Part shown: positions 10,836-21,242 of the stretch, in pieces | How the letters are laid out: each line of letters opens with the position of its first letter | Numbering within the stretch: position 1 is the first letter of the stretch | From: an uncultured delta proteobacterium | Lineage (GTDB): Bacteria; Myxococcota_A; Polyangia; Polyangiales; B10-G4 | NCBI GenBank assembly: GCA_963727445.1 | Contig: CAVSGI010000009.1 | Location: forward strand, 800,001-864,000 | Reading direction: 5' to 3' | Length of the DNA stretch: 64,000 bases | Position numbers and translations under genes: made by a program | Notes under the pieces: model-generated | Databases searched by the model: none | What the model was told of the DNA's origin: nothing | What the model saw: the letters and a program-made list of their open reading frames with translations, nothing else

Positions 10836-11948
10836 GTGAGCTACGCCGAGCCCGGTCGCCACGTGGTCATCACCGAGTACGGCGAGGACCCACTCGACGC
10901 GATCGAGAACCATCTGGTGATCGAGCCGCAGCCTGCCCCCGACCCGGCGGAGCTGGCCGCGACCGACGTCGTGATCGCCATCGAGAGCGCTGCCGTCGGT
11001 TGGGTCGACCTCTTGATGAGCAGCGGGCAGTACCAGCACATGGTCACGCCGCCCTTCACACCCGGTCTCGAGTACGCCGGCAGGGTGGTGTGGGCCGGGG
11101 CCGACGTGAAAGGGTTGTCGGTGGGGGACGCGGTCATGGCCGACGGCCTGACGACCGGTCCGCGCTCCAAGGGGGCCTACCGAAAGTACGGCGGCTTCGC
11201 CTCCTATGCGGTGGCGCCCGAGACCGCGGTGTTCCCGAAGCCCGAAGCGTTCAGCTTCGACCAGGCCTGCAACACCAGCGGCTACGAGACGGCCTATCAC
11301 GCGCTCATTCATCGGGGACGGCTGGCGAAAGGCGAGGTCGTGCTCCTGCACGGGGCCACCGGCACCACGGGGATCGCGGCGGTGCAGATCGCGAAGATCG
11401 TCGGCGCGACGGTGATCGCGACCAGCCGGAGCCGCGACAAGCTCGCGGTGGTGCAAGCCGAGGGCGCAGACCACGTCTTGTGCATCGCGGACGACGAGGG
11501 AGGCCTGCGACGATTCCGCGACGACGTGAAGGCGCTCACCGGTGGGCAGGGCGTCGACGTGGTCTACGATCCGGTGGGCGGCGAGATCTCCCTGGAGAGC
11601 CTGCGCTGCGTGCGCTTCGGCGCGCGTTTCCTGATCGTGGGTTGGGCGGCGACGCCGCTGGTCGCGAAGGGCAAGGGCGGGCGCGGGGCGCCGAACGCCA
11701 ACGTCCTGCCGACCAACCTGATCATGATGAAGAGCCTCGACGTCCTCGGCTGTCCGGCGGCGATCTCGGTGCACGCGAATCCCTCGATCCGCGAGGAACG
11801 TCTGAACCAGCTCGCCGCGTGGGTGGCCGCGGGGCGCATCGAGCCCGTGGTGTCGAAGAGCTACGCGATGGACGAGATCCGCGAAGCGCTCCGCGCGAAG
11901 TGGGAGAGCCGATATGCGGGCTGCTACGTGCTGCATCCCGGGCGCTAG
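10836..11948 (+). CDS. NADPH:quinone oxidoreductase / MDR family protein
   Basis: PFTPGLEYAG, LHGATGTTG nucleotide-binding motif, GVDVVYDPVGG. Confidence 0.88.
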   Translation: MSYAEPGRHVVITEYGEDPLDAIENHLVIEPQPAPDPAELAATDVVIAIESAAVGWVDLLMSSGQYQHMVTPPFTPGLEYAGRVVWAGADVKGLSVGDAVMADGLTTGPRSKGAYRKYGGFASYAVAPETAVFPKPEAFSFDQACNTSGYETAYHALIHRGRLAKGEVVLLHGATGTTGIAAVQIAKIVGATVIATSRSRDKLAVVQAEGADHVLCIADDEGGLRRFRDDVKALTGGQGVDVVYDPVGGEISLESLRCVRFGARFLIVGWAATPLVAKGKGGRGAPNANVLPTNLIMMKSLDVLGCPAAISVHANPSIREERLNQLAAWVAAGRIEPVVSKSYAMDEIREALRAKWESRYAGCYVLHPGR

Positions 11949-11960
11949 CACTACGAACAC

Positions 11961-11978
11961 ACCGCCGGCTGCGGCGGT
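11961..11978. terminator. GC-rich hairpin between convergent genes
   Basis: ACCGCCG-gctg-CGGCGGT between the MDR stop (11948) and the inferred kinase stop (11985); no U-tract. Confidence 0.35.
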
Positions 11979-11984
11979 TGAAGC

Positions 11985-13590
11985 TCAGGGAGCCTGAGGC
12001 CTGAGGCTCACTGCGGGCAGCGGGACGTCCATCAGCTCGGGCAGGTTCTCGCGCCACCACACTTCGGCCTCTCGGGTCGTCCACGGATGCGCGCGCTGTA
12101 GCTCTTCGAGCCGGGTGCGCAGGGCGGCGGCGCTGGCCGGTCGGTCCGCGGGGTCCTTTTCGAGGCACCTCAGAGATCAACGCTTCGAGCGCCGCGGGGA
12201 TCGCCTGGTCGGTGCGCTCGGAGGGAGGCACCGGCGTGTCCCTCACGTGCTTGAGCGCCACCTCCATCGCCGTCCGACCGTCGAAGACCAGCTCCCCGGT
12301 GAGCAGGTAGTAGCCGACACAGCCGAGGGCGTAGAGGTCGATGCCGTGCCCGACCTTCTCCGAGAGCGCCAGCTCGGGAGCCATGTACGCGGGGGTGCCG
12401 GCAATCATGTTCTCCTTCGAGAGCTCGAGCTCGTCCGCGCTCATCTCGACGTCGGACTCGGGTTTCACCAGGCCGAAGTCCAGGACCTTCACGAAATCGA
12501 CCTCGGTGCCGAGGCGGCAGAGGAAGATGTTGGCGGGCTTGATGTCCCGATGCACCAGGCGATGCGCGTGGGCGTCCTCGAGGCTCAGGCACGCTTGCGT
12601 CAGCGCGTGGATCACGCGGCCGGGCTGGAGCGCACCGTGCTCCTTCACCAACGTCTCGAGGTCCTGACCTTCGAGCAGCTCCATCACGTAGTAGAAGGTG
12701 CCGTGCTCGCTCACGCCGAAATCGTAGAGCTCGACGGTGTGCGGCGAGCGCAGCACGCTGGTCGCCTGCGCTTCGCGCTCGAAGCGCCGGATGGCGGTCT
12801 CGGCGTCCTGCCCCAGGCTGTCCGAGGACACCAGCTTGATGGCGGCTGGGCGCGTCAGCATCTGATGCTTGCCGAGCCAGACCTCGCCCATCCCGCCGGC
12901 GCCGAGCTTCTTCACCAGCTGATAGGCGCCGAGGGTGCGCGCTTCCGTGAGCTGCACGCTCAGCCCGTGGACGATGTGAGAGACGGCGAGGGCGCCGAGG
13001 GCGGCGACGAAGGTCGGCAAGAGGATGAAGGTGACGTGCTCCATCGGCCGTCCCAGCCTCGCGCTGAGCCAGAACGCGAAGGGCAACGTGGCATAGCAAG
13101 CCGCCGTGGTCGCGATGCGTACCCGGGGCCGCGCCGGGATGGTCGCCGGGAAGAGCATGAGGAAGAGCGCCAGGACCGACATCCTCAGGCCTTCGGTCTC
13201 GGCGCCGCTGTTGAGCCACGTCTCGAGGAGAGAGACGCTGAGGCAGGTCGCGAATTCGAAGGCCAGCCCGACCCGCAGGACGATGCGGTATCGGGTGGAG
13301 CGCCGCGCGTAGAAATAGAGGACGAGGCAAACGGCGGCGTAGATGCCGCTGTAGACGTTGGCGACGAAGAGCTGCTGGTGCTCGAAGCCCGAGGGATCGA
13401 AGCGGAAGGCGACGTTTCGAAAGGCGGTCGACAGGAGGATCATCCCGCACATCAGGGCGGCGATCGTTCCCAGGCGGCGCGCGGCCTCCTTCTGGATCTC
13501 CGGGCCGAGGCCGCCCATGGAGCGCCCCGCGTTCGCACCCGTCCCGTCCTTCGCCTTCACGAGGGCCTGGGTGAGGGAGGAAGGCGCCAT
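11985..13590 (-). CDS. Membrane-bound Ser/Thr protein kinase (N-terminal TM helices); +1 frameshift near 12174
   Basis: GAGGMG, HRDIKPAN, DFG, GTPAYMAPE. Removing one base at about 12174 restores LILRCLEKDPADRP..PWT..WW and a stop at 11985. Confidence 0.85.
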
Positions 13591-13674
13591 CGGCGCGACA
13601 ATCCTCCCTCGCCCGGCCCGTGGCAAGCCCCGCGACGTGGACGTGCGCGCGATTACGGGTTAAAAGCGGCGTCG

Positions 13675-14103
13675 GTGCTCCGCGTCACCTTCATGTTCTT
13701 CGTCGCGCTGGCCTCGCTCTCGATGGGTTGCGGCGACGACCGCCCGATCCGCGAATGGAGTCCGGACGACCACGGCCAGCCTCAGGCGGGGGTGGAGGAC
13801 GGGCGGACGGCCCCGGACGGAACCCCGGCGAACTTCGACGAGGCCAGCGCCGTCGCGTCGCTCTATCGGGTGCGCTGCGCGAGCTGTCACGGCGAGACCG
13901 GGCGCGGAGACGGGATGGGCATCCCGCCGGGAGCCCAGGTCCGCGACTTCACCGATCCCGAGTGGCAGGGCTCGGTCACCGACGAAGAGATCGCGGTGGT
14001 GATCGCCCAGGGCCGCGGGATGATGCCGCGCTTCGACGACTCCATCAACGAGCGCGGCATCAACGGCCTCGTGGCGCACATCCGCGGCTTTGCGGGGGAG
14101 TGA
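13675..14103 (+). CDS. Monoheme c-type cytochrome lipoprotein
   Basis: Lipobox LSMGC-GDD, CASCH heme motif, GRGMMPRF distal Met; start at 13675 (GTG) or 13693 (ATG). Confidence 0.88.
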   Translation: MLRVTFMFFVALASLSMGCGDDRPIREWSPDDHGQPQAGVEDGRTAPDGTPANFDEASAVASLYRVRCASCHGETGRGDGMGIPPGAQVRDFTDPEWQGSVTDEEIAVVIAQGRGMMPRFDDSINERGINGLVAHIRGFAGE

Positions 14104-14909
14104 TGGCGCTCACCCGCGGGGCGCCGCGCATCGCCTACGAGATCAGCGGCGACGAAGGGACGCCGGTGCTCCTGATCATGGGGCTCGCCATGCGCGGAGT
14201 CGTGTGGCGACCGCAGGCGCTGGCCTTCTCCCAGAGGCATCGGGTCGTGACCTTCGACAACCGCGGCGTCGGCGGCAGCGACCCCTTGCGCGGAGCGCTC
14301 ACCATCCGCGACATGGCCTCGGACGCCCTGCGCCTCGCGGGTGAGCTTCGTTTCGAGACCTTTCACCTCGTCGGGGTCTCGATGGGCGGGATGATCGCGC
14401 AAGAGGTCGCGCTGTCCGCCCCCGAACGCCTCAAGAGCCTGACGCTGATCGCGACCCACGCCGGGGGGCGGGGAACGCTGCTCCCGCCGCGCCAGGGGCT
14501 GCGCACCTTTCTCGAGGTCAACCTCGGGCGTGATCGCGATGCGCAGATCGCGGCTCTGGCCCGTCTGCTCTACCCACCGGAGTTTCTGGAGGCGGTCGAT
14601 CGCTCGGTGCTCGAAGAGCGCATGCGCGAGCGCACCGGGCAGCGCGTGCCCAGGCGCACCGTCGCCGGCCACGTCTCCGCGGTCATGCGACACCAGACCG
14701 CCGACCGACTCCACCGCCTCCGCATGCCCACCCTCCTGGTCAAGCCGGGCCGCGACATCCTGGTCAGCCCGACGGAAGTGGACCGCTTGAAGCAGCTGAT
14801 CCCCCACGCCGAGCTCGTCGAATACCCCGACGCCGGCCACGGCATCACCTTCCAGAAAGCCGCCGAGCTGAACGAGCGCCTCCTCGCGCATTTCGCCGAA
14901 CACGATTGA
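14103..14909 (+). CDS. Alpha/beta fold hydrolase
   Basis: DNRGVGGS, GVSMGG nucleophile elbow, catalytic D (GRD) and H (AGH). Confidence 0.9.
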   Translation: MALTRGAPRIAYEISGDEGTPVLLIMGLAMRGVVWRPQALAFSQRHRVVTFDNRGVGGSDPLRGALTIRDMASDALRLAGELRFETFHLVGVSMGGMIAQEVALSAPERLKSLTLIATHAGGRGTLLPPRQGLRTFLEVNLGRDRDAQIAALARLLYPPEFLEAVDRSVLEERMRERTGQRVPRRTVAGHVSAVMRHQTADRLHRLRMPTLLVKPGRDILVSPTEVDRLKQLIPHAELVEYPDAGHGITFQKAAELNERLLAHFAEHD

Positions 14910-14923
14910 GGCGGCCCCTGGTC

Positions 14924-17572
14924 TCATGGCTCGCGGGGCGGGGGATGCTCTGTGCTGGTGCGCAGCGGAGGAAGATCGACGACGAGCGTCCCTGCCGACG
15001 GTCTGAGGGCATCCGCCCAGGTCCCACATTCACGAATCCGCGGCAGGGCTGCGTCGATGAGTGGGTTCGATGGAAGCCCGGACGCGGCGCGCTCGAGCTG
15101 CGTGGCCATCTGCTCGCCGCACGCCGCGCCGAGTGCGTCGAGCGGATGGAGCGTCCGCGGGCGGGAGGGAATGGCGGCGAGTTGGGGCAGGTGCAACAGG
15201 AGCCACTGCCAGCTGTCTCGTCGCGTCTCCGCCATTCGGAGTCCGCGAGAGATCAGCTCCCCGAGTTCCCCGTATGGACCCTCGCTCGACAGGATCATGC
15301 TCCAGGCTCGTCCGCGCACGTCTGGATCGTCTGCTCGCGCCAGCGCCGACGAGAACACGCCGCGTTCCAGCCATCCTTCGACCTCTTCGGGGCTGGCCTC
15401 CTGAATCGCCACCGCTAGAGCGACGTCGCCCGGGGTCTCAGAGAGCGGGCGCCGCGGCCCTGGCACCTGCTCTCCATCCAGGATCGGAAGAGCGTGTCTC
15501 GATGCGTCGGCCCGCACACGCGGATTGCGCGCTTCGAGAGCGAGAAACGAGACGATCTCGGAACGCCTCGTCTCCTCGGTCCAGATCGATTCGTCGTAGC
15601 GGGAGATGAGCTCGTTCGAGACCACCGCGTCCAGGATCTCGCGCTGCTCGGCCGTGAGCACGTCGTTGCGGATCTCGGAGATCATCGCCAACGCGGCAGG
15701 GGCGATGTACTCGGAGCCGCGGTCCTGTGCCGTCGCGAAGAAGAGCATCTCGCGCACGACTTCCGCGACCGTGACTCCACCAGAGCGAGCGCGAAGACGC
15801 AGGTCTCCGAAGAGTGCGAACCGCTCGGCGATCTTCAGATGCGGCCAGCCGTGCTCGAGGAGTGCCCGAGCGGCCTCCGAGTCGATGCCGATACGAAAGA
15901 ATCCGACGCCTCCCGCGTTGGGCATGACCCAGACGGGGCACTGGTCGGTCTCGAGGGCGAGGGAGCCGCGCTCGTCGCGGAGCAGGGTGCACGACTCGTG
16001 ACTCTCTGCATCGGAGAGATAGCGAGCACACACCGGAATGAGCCAGCGCGTCGCCGCGGCCGCGTTCGTGGGGCGCTGAGTGAGCCGCAGCGTGGGCCGC
16101 GCTTCATCACAAGAGAGCGCCGCCTCGACGACGGGCATTCCCGGTTGATCCATGAACGTGCGAAACGCGTCCGCGAAGTCGGGCTGCTCGGCACTCTCCC
16201 CGATCGCCTCGAGATATTCGTCGAGGCTGGCGGCGCCCCACGCATGCTCGGTCAGCACCGCCTTCACTCCAGCCGCCATCGCGTCCACCCCTACCCATCG
16301 CTCGAAAGCGAAGAGCAGAGCGGTCGCGCGTGCTCTGTGGAGCGACGTGGGGCCGTCGAGCATCGTCCGGAAGTCGTACCGCTGCGCGGGGGCGGAGAGC
16401 ACCCGATGGCTGTGGCCGCGAATCGCGAGGACGCGCGCGGTGGTGTCCTGCACCTGCCCGCGCGGGACGTCCACCCCGCGGCGCGACCGCGCTGTCGCCC
16501 ACTCGGTGAACGCCTCCTTCACCCACTGCTCGTCCCAGCTGGAGAGACTGACCAGATCCCCCAACCACTGATGCGCGATCTCGTGGATGACGACCTCGCG
16601 CTCCCATGCCTCGTCGAAGAACCCCGGAGAGATGGCGATGGTCACCAGTGCCGCGTTCTCCATCCCGCTGACGGGCAGGTCCGGGACCAGCGCGAGCTCG
16701 AGCTTCGAGAACGGGAAAGGCACCCCGAGCAACCGCTCGACGACAGGCAATGCCCGCCTCGCCTCTTCGAGGATGCGCCTTCCGCGTGCTTCGTCGGTCG
16801 GGGGCGCGAGCACGCGAACGGGTAGAGCCGTCGCGCGGTGCGGGCTCGGAGGGATGTCTCCGGCTTGCAGAACGTGAAACGGTCCGACGACCCACCCCAC
16901 GAGGTACGTCGGGAGGGCGGCCGTTTCCTCGAAGCGGATGCGCAGTCGATCAGCGAGGTCGGTTCGCTGAGCGATCGGGGTGTTGCTCGCGGCGACGTAG
17001 CCACGGGGGATGTCGAGGGTCAGACGAAATGGCGTCCGGAATTTCGGCTCGTCGAAGCACGGAAACGCGCGCCGTGCGCCGGTGGGCTCGAACTGAGTCG
17101 CCGCGTAGTACCCGTCCATCCGTCGCGTCGCGAAGAGCCCGTCTTCGCCCGCAAGGGCGAAGTCTCCGGAGAAGCGCAGGCGCAGACGAACCCGACCGGG
17201 TCCCACCGGCGACCGAAACACGAAGTGACCGATGTCGCCCTCTTCGGTGGCTTCCCAAGACGCCCCTCGACGACGGCCCCGAGGGTCCCAGGCCGCCACG
17301 CCGGAGACGTGGAGGCCGCGCGCGTGGAGCGGGACCACGGAGATGCGGGCGTGAAGCGCGACGTCGATCAGAACCTCTCCCGAGAACGAAGCAGACTCCG
17401 GCGTCACCGACAACTCGAGCGCGTAGCCCAACGGAGTGGCGTCGGCCCGGAGCGGGGCCTCGGGCCTCGGGCTCTCCGCGCGCGCGCCAGAAGCGGGAGC
17501 CCCACACCCGGTCGCGAGGAGCAGAACAGCGGCTGTTCCGACTCCCGCGATTCCCACACGCCATCGTATCAC
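14924..17572 (-). CDS. M1 family aminopeptidase lipoprotein with ERAP1-like C-terminal domain (divergent)
   Basis: TQFEPTGARRAFPCFDEP, SGMEN, HEIAH-X18-E zinc motif; lipobox LLATGC. Confidence 0.85.
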   Translation of the reverse strand: MIRWRVGIAGVGTAAVLLLATGCGAPASGARAESPRPEAPLRADATPLGYALELSVTPESASFSGEVLIDVALHARISVVPLHARGLHVSGVAAWDPRGRRRGASWEATEEGDIGHFVFRSPVGPGRVRLRLRFSGDFALAGEDGLFATRRMDGYYAATQFEPTGARRAFPCFDEPKFRTPFRLTLDIPRGYVAASNTPIAQRTDLADRLRIRFEETAALPTYLVGWVVGPFHVLQAGDIPPSPHRATALPVRVLAPPTDEARGRRILEEARRALPVVERLLGVPFPFSKLELALVPDLPVSGMENAALVTIAISPGFFDEAWEREVVIHEIAHQWLGDLVSLSSWDEQWVKEAFTEWATARSRRGVDVPRGQVQDTTARVLAIRGHSHRVLSAPAQRYDFRTMLDGPTSLHRARATALLFAFERWVGVDAMAAGVKAVLTEHAWGAASLDEYLEAIGESAEQPDFADAFRTFMDQPGMPVVEAALSCDEARPTLRLTQRPTNAAAATRWLIPVCARYLSDAESHESCTLLRDERGSLALETDQCPVWVMPNAGGVGFFRIGIDSEAARALLEHGWPHLKIAERFALFGDLRLRARSGGVTVAEVVREMLFFATAQDRGSEYIAPAALAMISEIRNDVLTAEQREILDAVVSNELISRYDESIWTEETRRSEIVSFLALEARNPRVRADASRHALPILDGEQVPGPRRPLSETPGDVALAVAIQEASPEEVEGWLERGVFSSALARADDPDVRGRAWSMILSSEGPYGELGELISRGLRMAETRRDSWQWLLLHLPQLAAIPSRPRTLHPLDALGAACGEQMATQLERAASGLPSNPLIDAALPRIRECGTWADALRPSAGTLVVDLPPLRTSTEHPPPREP

Positions 17573-17694
17573 CGAGAAGGAAGCGGGCGTGTTTGCGTTT
17601 CGACGATGGGCTCGCTCGGCGCGTCCGGCGGCGTCGCCGGTTTCCTCGGCGCGCTCCTGCTGCTCTTCGTGACGTCCTTCGGACGCTGAGCCAC

Positions 17695-19365
17695 CTACGC
17701 ACGCCAGCGTCGCGAGCGTGCCACGTCCGCGCGATAGTCCGCGACGCTCGCCTCGCGCTCTTCGTCGGTCCAGTCGAGGAGCTCCTGCATGCGTGCGGCG
17801 ACGGTATCGAGGGCGCCGAGGCCCTGGTCGTGGTCGCGGTAGAAGAGCTGGGTGCGGCGGATCATCACGTCGCTGACCTGAGCGGCCAGCTCCTCCTCCA
17901 CCGCCCAGTCGATCTGGGCGACGATCTCGGGGCGGCCGGCGACGAGGCGCTCGGCCATGGCCGGGGCCGCCGCTGCGCGCGCGGCCAGCGCCTTGGCGCG
18001 GCCGCCGTAGGTGTTCGCGAGGTAGAGGGCGATGTCGGCCTCGAGGACGCCGCCGCTCGCCTCCGCGACCTGTGCCGCCACCGCGTCGTGGTCGTCGTCA
18101 TCCGGCCAATCGACGCCGCCTGGGAGCGGGACCTCGTCGGTGGCGGATGCCTTGATCGCCTTTCGGTCGACCGCGCCGGTGAGCGTCAGGAGCTGCACCG
18201 CCTTGTCCACCACCTCCGCCGACATGCGCCGGTAAGTCGTGAGCTTGCCGCCGGCGATGGTGATCAGCCCGTCCTTGCCGACGATGATCTGATGCTCGCG
18301 GCTCACCGCGCTCTCGGCGACCTCTTCGCCCGTCGGCTCGGGTGCGATCAGCGGGCGGAGGCCTGCCCACGTCGAGATCACGTCGTCGGGGGTCAGTTGG
18401 TGATCGGGGAAGTAGGCGTTGGCCGCGTCGAGGAGGTAGTCGATGTCCTCCCGCGTGGCGGCGAGGTCCAAGAGGTCCTCGTGGTAGTCGGTGTCGGTGG
18501 TGCCGACGTAGGTGCGATCGCCCCAGGGGACCGCGAACAGGACGCGATCGTCGTGGGGATGGAAGCAGACGACGGCGTGCGCCACCGGGAGCTTGTCGTG
18601 CTCGACGACGAAGTGCACGCCCTTGGTCGGGCGGAGCAGGGGCGCGCCTTCGCCGCGCGACATGGCGAGGGTGGCGTCGGTCCAGGGCCCGGTCGCGTTG
18701 ATGATGGCGCGCGCTCGGACCTCCTTGAGGTCGCCCGTCGTCGTGTCGCGCACCTCGGCGCCGCACACCCGACCCTGCTCGTCCTTGATGAAGCCCTCGA
18801 CCTTCGCGTAGGTCGCGATGACCGCGCCGTTTTGCGTGGCGTCGATCGCGTTCTCCAGCGTGAGGCGCGCGTCGTCGGTGGAGCAGTCGTAGTAGAGGGG
18901 CGCGCCGATGAGGCCGTCCTGCTTGAGGCGGGGTTCGATCTCGGCGATGTCCTTCGCCTTGAGGTTCTTGTGGATCTTCGGAGAGCGGAAGAGGGAGAGC
19001 CCGTCGTAGAGCCACATCCCCGCGTTGATCACCCAGAGCTTGTGCTTCGACCCCTCGAAGACCGGGAACAAGAAGCCGAGCGGGTTGACCAGGTGAGGGG
19101 CGAGGTCCATCAGGATCCGCCGCTCCGACACGGCCTCGAAGACGAGGTTGAACTCGTACTGCTCGAGGTAGCGCAGCCCGCCGTGGACCAGCTTGCTGCT
19201 CCGGCTGCTGGTCCCATAGGCCAGATCTCGCATCTCCAGGACCGCCACCGAGAGGCCCCTCTGGGCCGCGTCGCGGGCGATTCCGGCCCCGTTGATCCCT
19301 CCCCCGACGACGAGGACGTCGACCTCGTCCCCCAACTTCTCCCACATCTCCGCGCGTCTAGGCAT
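17695..19365 (-). CDS. glpD: FAD-dependent glycerol-3-phosphate dehydrogenase
   Basis: GGGINGAG, GTSSRSSKLVHGGLRYL, DDARL, INATGPW, AGLRPL, GGKLTTYR. Confidence 0.93.
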   Translation of the reverse strand: MPRRAEMWEKLGDEVDVLVVGGGINGAGIARDAAQRGLSVAVLEMRDLAYGTSSRSSKLVHGGLRYLEQYEFNLVFEAVSERRILMDLAPHLVNPLGFLFPVFEGSKHKLWVINAGMWLYDGLSLFRSPKIHKNLKAKDIAEIEPRLKQDGLIGAPLYYDCSTDDARLTLENAIDATQNGAVIATYAKVEGFIKDEQGRVCGAEVRDTTTGDLKEVRARAIINATGPWTDATLAMSRGEGAPLLRPTKGVHFVVEHDKLPVAHAVVCFHPHDDRVLFAVPWGDRTYVGTTDTDYHEDLLDLAATREDIDYLLDAANAYFPDHQLTPDDVISTWAGLRPLIAPEPTGEEVAESAVSREHQIIVGKDGLITIAGGKLTTYRRMSAEVVDKAVQLLTLTGAVDRKAIKASATDEVPLPGGVDWPDDDDHDAVAAQVAEASGGVLEADIALYLANTYGGRAKALAARAAAAPAMAERLVAGRPEIVAQIDWAVEEELAAQVSDVMIRRTQLFYRDHDQGLGALDTVAARMQELLDWTDEEREASVADYRADVARSRRWRA

Positions 19366-19456
19366 CGGGCCCTCTTTACCACCCAAGGCGCCCCGAGTCT
19401 CGTCGTGTCAGTTACAGTGGAGGCAGGTGGAGCGCAGCCACGACGATACCCGAACG

Positions 19457-21241
19457 ATGGTCTCGCCGACCGGGGTGGTGGCGATCCCGCCGACCTCTTT
19501 CGGCAAGTACACACTCGTAGCGAGGACCGGTCGCGGCGGTATGGCCGACATCTACCTCGCCATCGCCGCCGGTCCCTCGGGCTTTCGCAAGCTGGTGGTG
19601 ATCAAGCGGCTGCGCGAGGCCTACGAAGACGACCAGAGGCTGGTCGACATGTTCATGGACGAGGCGCGCCTCGGCGCTCGTCTCGAGCATCCCAACGTCG
19701 TCCACACCCTGGAGCACGGCGAGAGCGACGGCCGTCACTTCCTCGCGATGGAGTTCCTCGAGGGGCAGACCCTGGCGCGCGTGCTGCGGCGGAAGATCCG
19801 CGCGGGTGAAGAGGTGCCCGTCGATTTCGTCCTCCACGTCGCCAGCGAGGTGCTGGAGGGCTTGCACTATGCGCACGAGCTGCAGGACTTCGACGGCTCG
19901 CCCCTGAACGTCGTCCATCGCGACGTCACCCCCGCGAACATCATGATCACCTACCCGGGGGTGGTGAAGGTGCTCGACTTCGGTGTCGCCAAAGCGGCGA
20001 CTCAGATGACCGAAACCGATCCCGACGTTCGCAAGGGCAAGTTCGCCTACCTCGCACCGGAGCAGATCGAGGGGCGGGTGGACCGCCGCAGCGACCTCTT
20101 CAGCCTGGGGGTGATCCTGTGGGAGGCCCTCGCCGGGCGCCGCTTGTTCTACGCGCCGGATCCGGCGCAGACGATCAAGAAGACGCTCTCGGCTCCGATT
20201 CCACGGATCAGCATCGTCACTCGACGCAAGCTGCCCGACGGGGTCGACGACCTGGTGCAGAAGGCGCTCAAGCGAAACGCAGCGAATCGCTTCCAGACCG
20301 CACAGGAGATGCGCACGGTCATCGACCAGATCCTCACCCGCGACGGCCTCACGTTGCGGCGCAAAGACGTCGCAGCGTTCATGGCCGACACCTTCGCCGA
20401 TCTGCGGGAGCAACATGGCCGAGACCTGCAGGCGGCGGTGGGGGCGGGGCTCGAGACGGCCACCGCGATGTTCGAGGTGCTCTCGCCCCTCGAGTCTCCC
20501 AAGGTCAAGGAGACGGGACCCGGAGCGGCGACGACCGAGGACGACGCGGATGGGGCCGCGGGGTCGGCGGCGCTTCCCATCGAAGGCACCTCTCCGACCC
20601 TGCCCGGCGTGGCCGAAGAAGACAGCGTGGCCATCCCGGGCCTCGACATCTGGGTGTCGAAGCGGCGCGCGTGGATGGCCGGCGCGGGGGTGGCCGCAGG
20701 ACTGCTGCTCCTGCTGATCATCGCGCTCGCTTCTGGCGACGACGAAGAGCCAGAGCAATTCGGCGTGGCCGCTCCGCAGCAGACACGGCAAACCGAACAG
20801 GATCCGTCGTCCGAAGGGGGGGCGGCGCCCTCCGAAGCTCATCACGCGGGCGAGCCCCCACCGGCACGCCCCGAGCCCGACCTCGAGGCCTTCGAGCGCT
20901 ACCGCGTGGAGGCCCGCGAGGCGTACGCGGCCGGCGACTATCACCGCGCGGCCCGTGCCTACGAGATGGCGACGCAGATGAATCCCGTCCACGCGGGGAG
21001 CTTCGCCGGGCTGGGCGCCGCGTACCTCGCGCTCGGCAACGTCGACGAGGGCCTCGCCGCCTACCAGGAGGCGGTGCGTCTCGCGCCGACGCACTCCGGC
21101 TTTCACGCGGCGCTCGGGCGGGCCTATCGCCAGGCGGGCCACGACGATCTGGCGCTCGAAGCCTACGGCGAGGCGCTACGGCTCGACCGCACCAACCGCG
21201 CCGCGCGTCAAGCGCTGCGTGAGCTTCGCCAGGCCCAGTGA
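19457..21241 (+). CDS. Ser/Thr protein kinase with TM helix and C-terminal TPRs
   Basis: GRGGMA, VVHRDVTPAN, DFGVAK, GKFAYLAPE; TM AGVAAGLLLLLIIALA; TPR-like repeats. Start uncertain. Confidence 0.9.
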   Translation: MVSPTGVVAIPPTSFGKYTLVARTGRGGMADIYLAIAAGPSGFRKLVVIKRLREAYEDDQRLVDMFMDEARLGARLEHPNVVHTLEHGESDGRHFLAMEFLEGQTLARVLRRKIRAGEEVPVDFVLHVASEVLEGLHYAHELQDFDGSPLNVVHRDVTPANIMITYPGVVKVLDFGVAKAATQMTETDPDVRKGKFAYLAPEQIEGRVDRRSDLFSLGVILWEALAGRRLFYAPDPAQTIKKTLSAPIPRISIVTRRKLPDGVDDLVQKALKRNAANRFQTAQEMRTVIDQILTRDGLTLRRKDVAAFMADTFADLREQHGRDLQAAVGAGLETATAMFEVLSPLESPKVKETGPGAATTEDDADGAAGSAALPIEGTSPTLPGVAEEDSVAIPGLDIWVSKRRAWMAGAGVAAGLLLLLIIALASGDDEEPEQFGVAAPQQTRQTEQDPSSEGGAAPSEAHHAGEPPPARPEPDLEAFERYRVEAREAYAAGDYHRAARAYEMATQMNPVHAGSFAGLGAAYLALGNVDEGLAAYQEAVRLAPTHSGFHAALGRAYRQAGHDDLALEAYGEALRLDRTNRAARQALRELRQAQ

Positions 21242-21242
21242 T

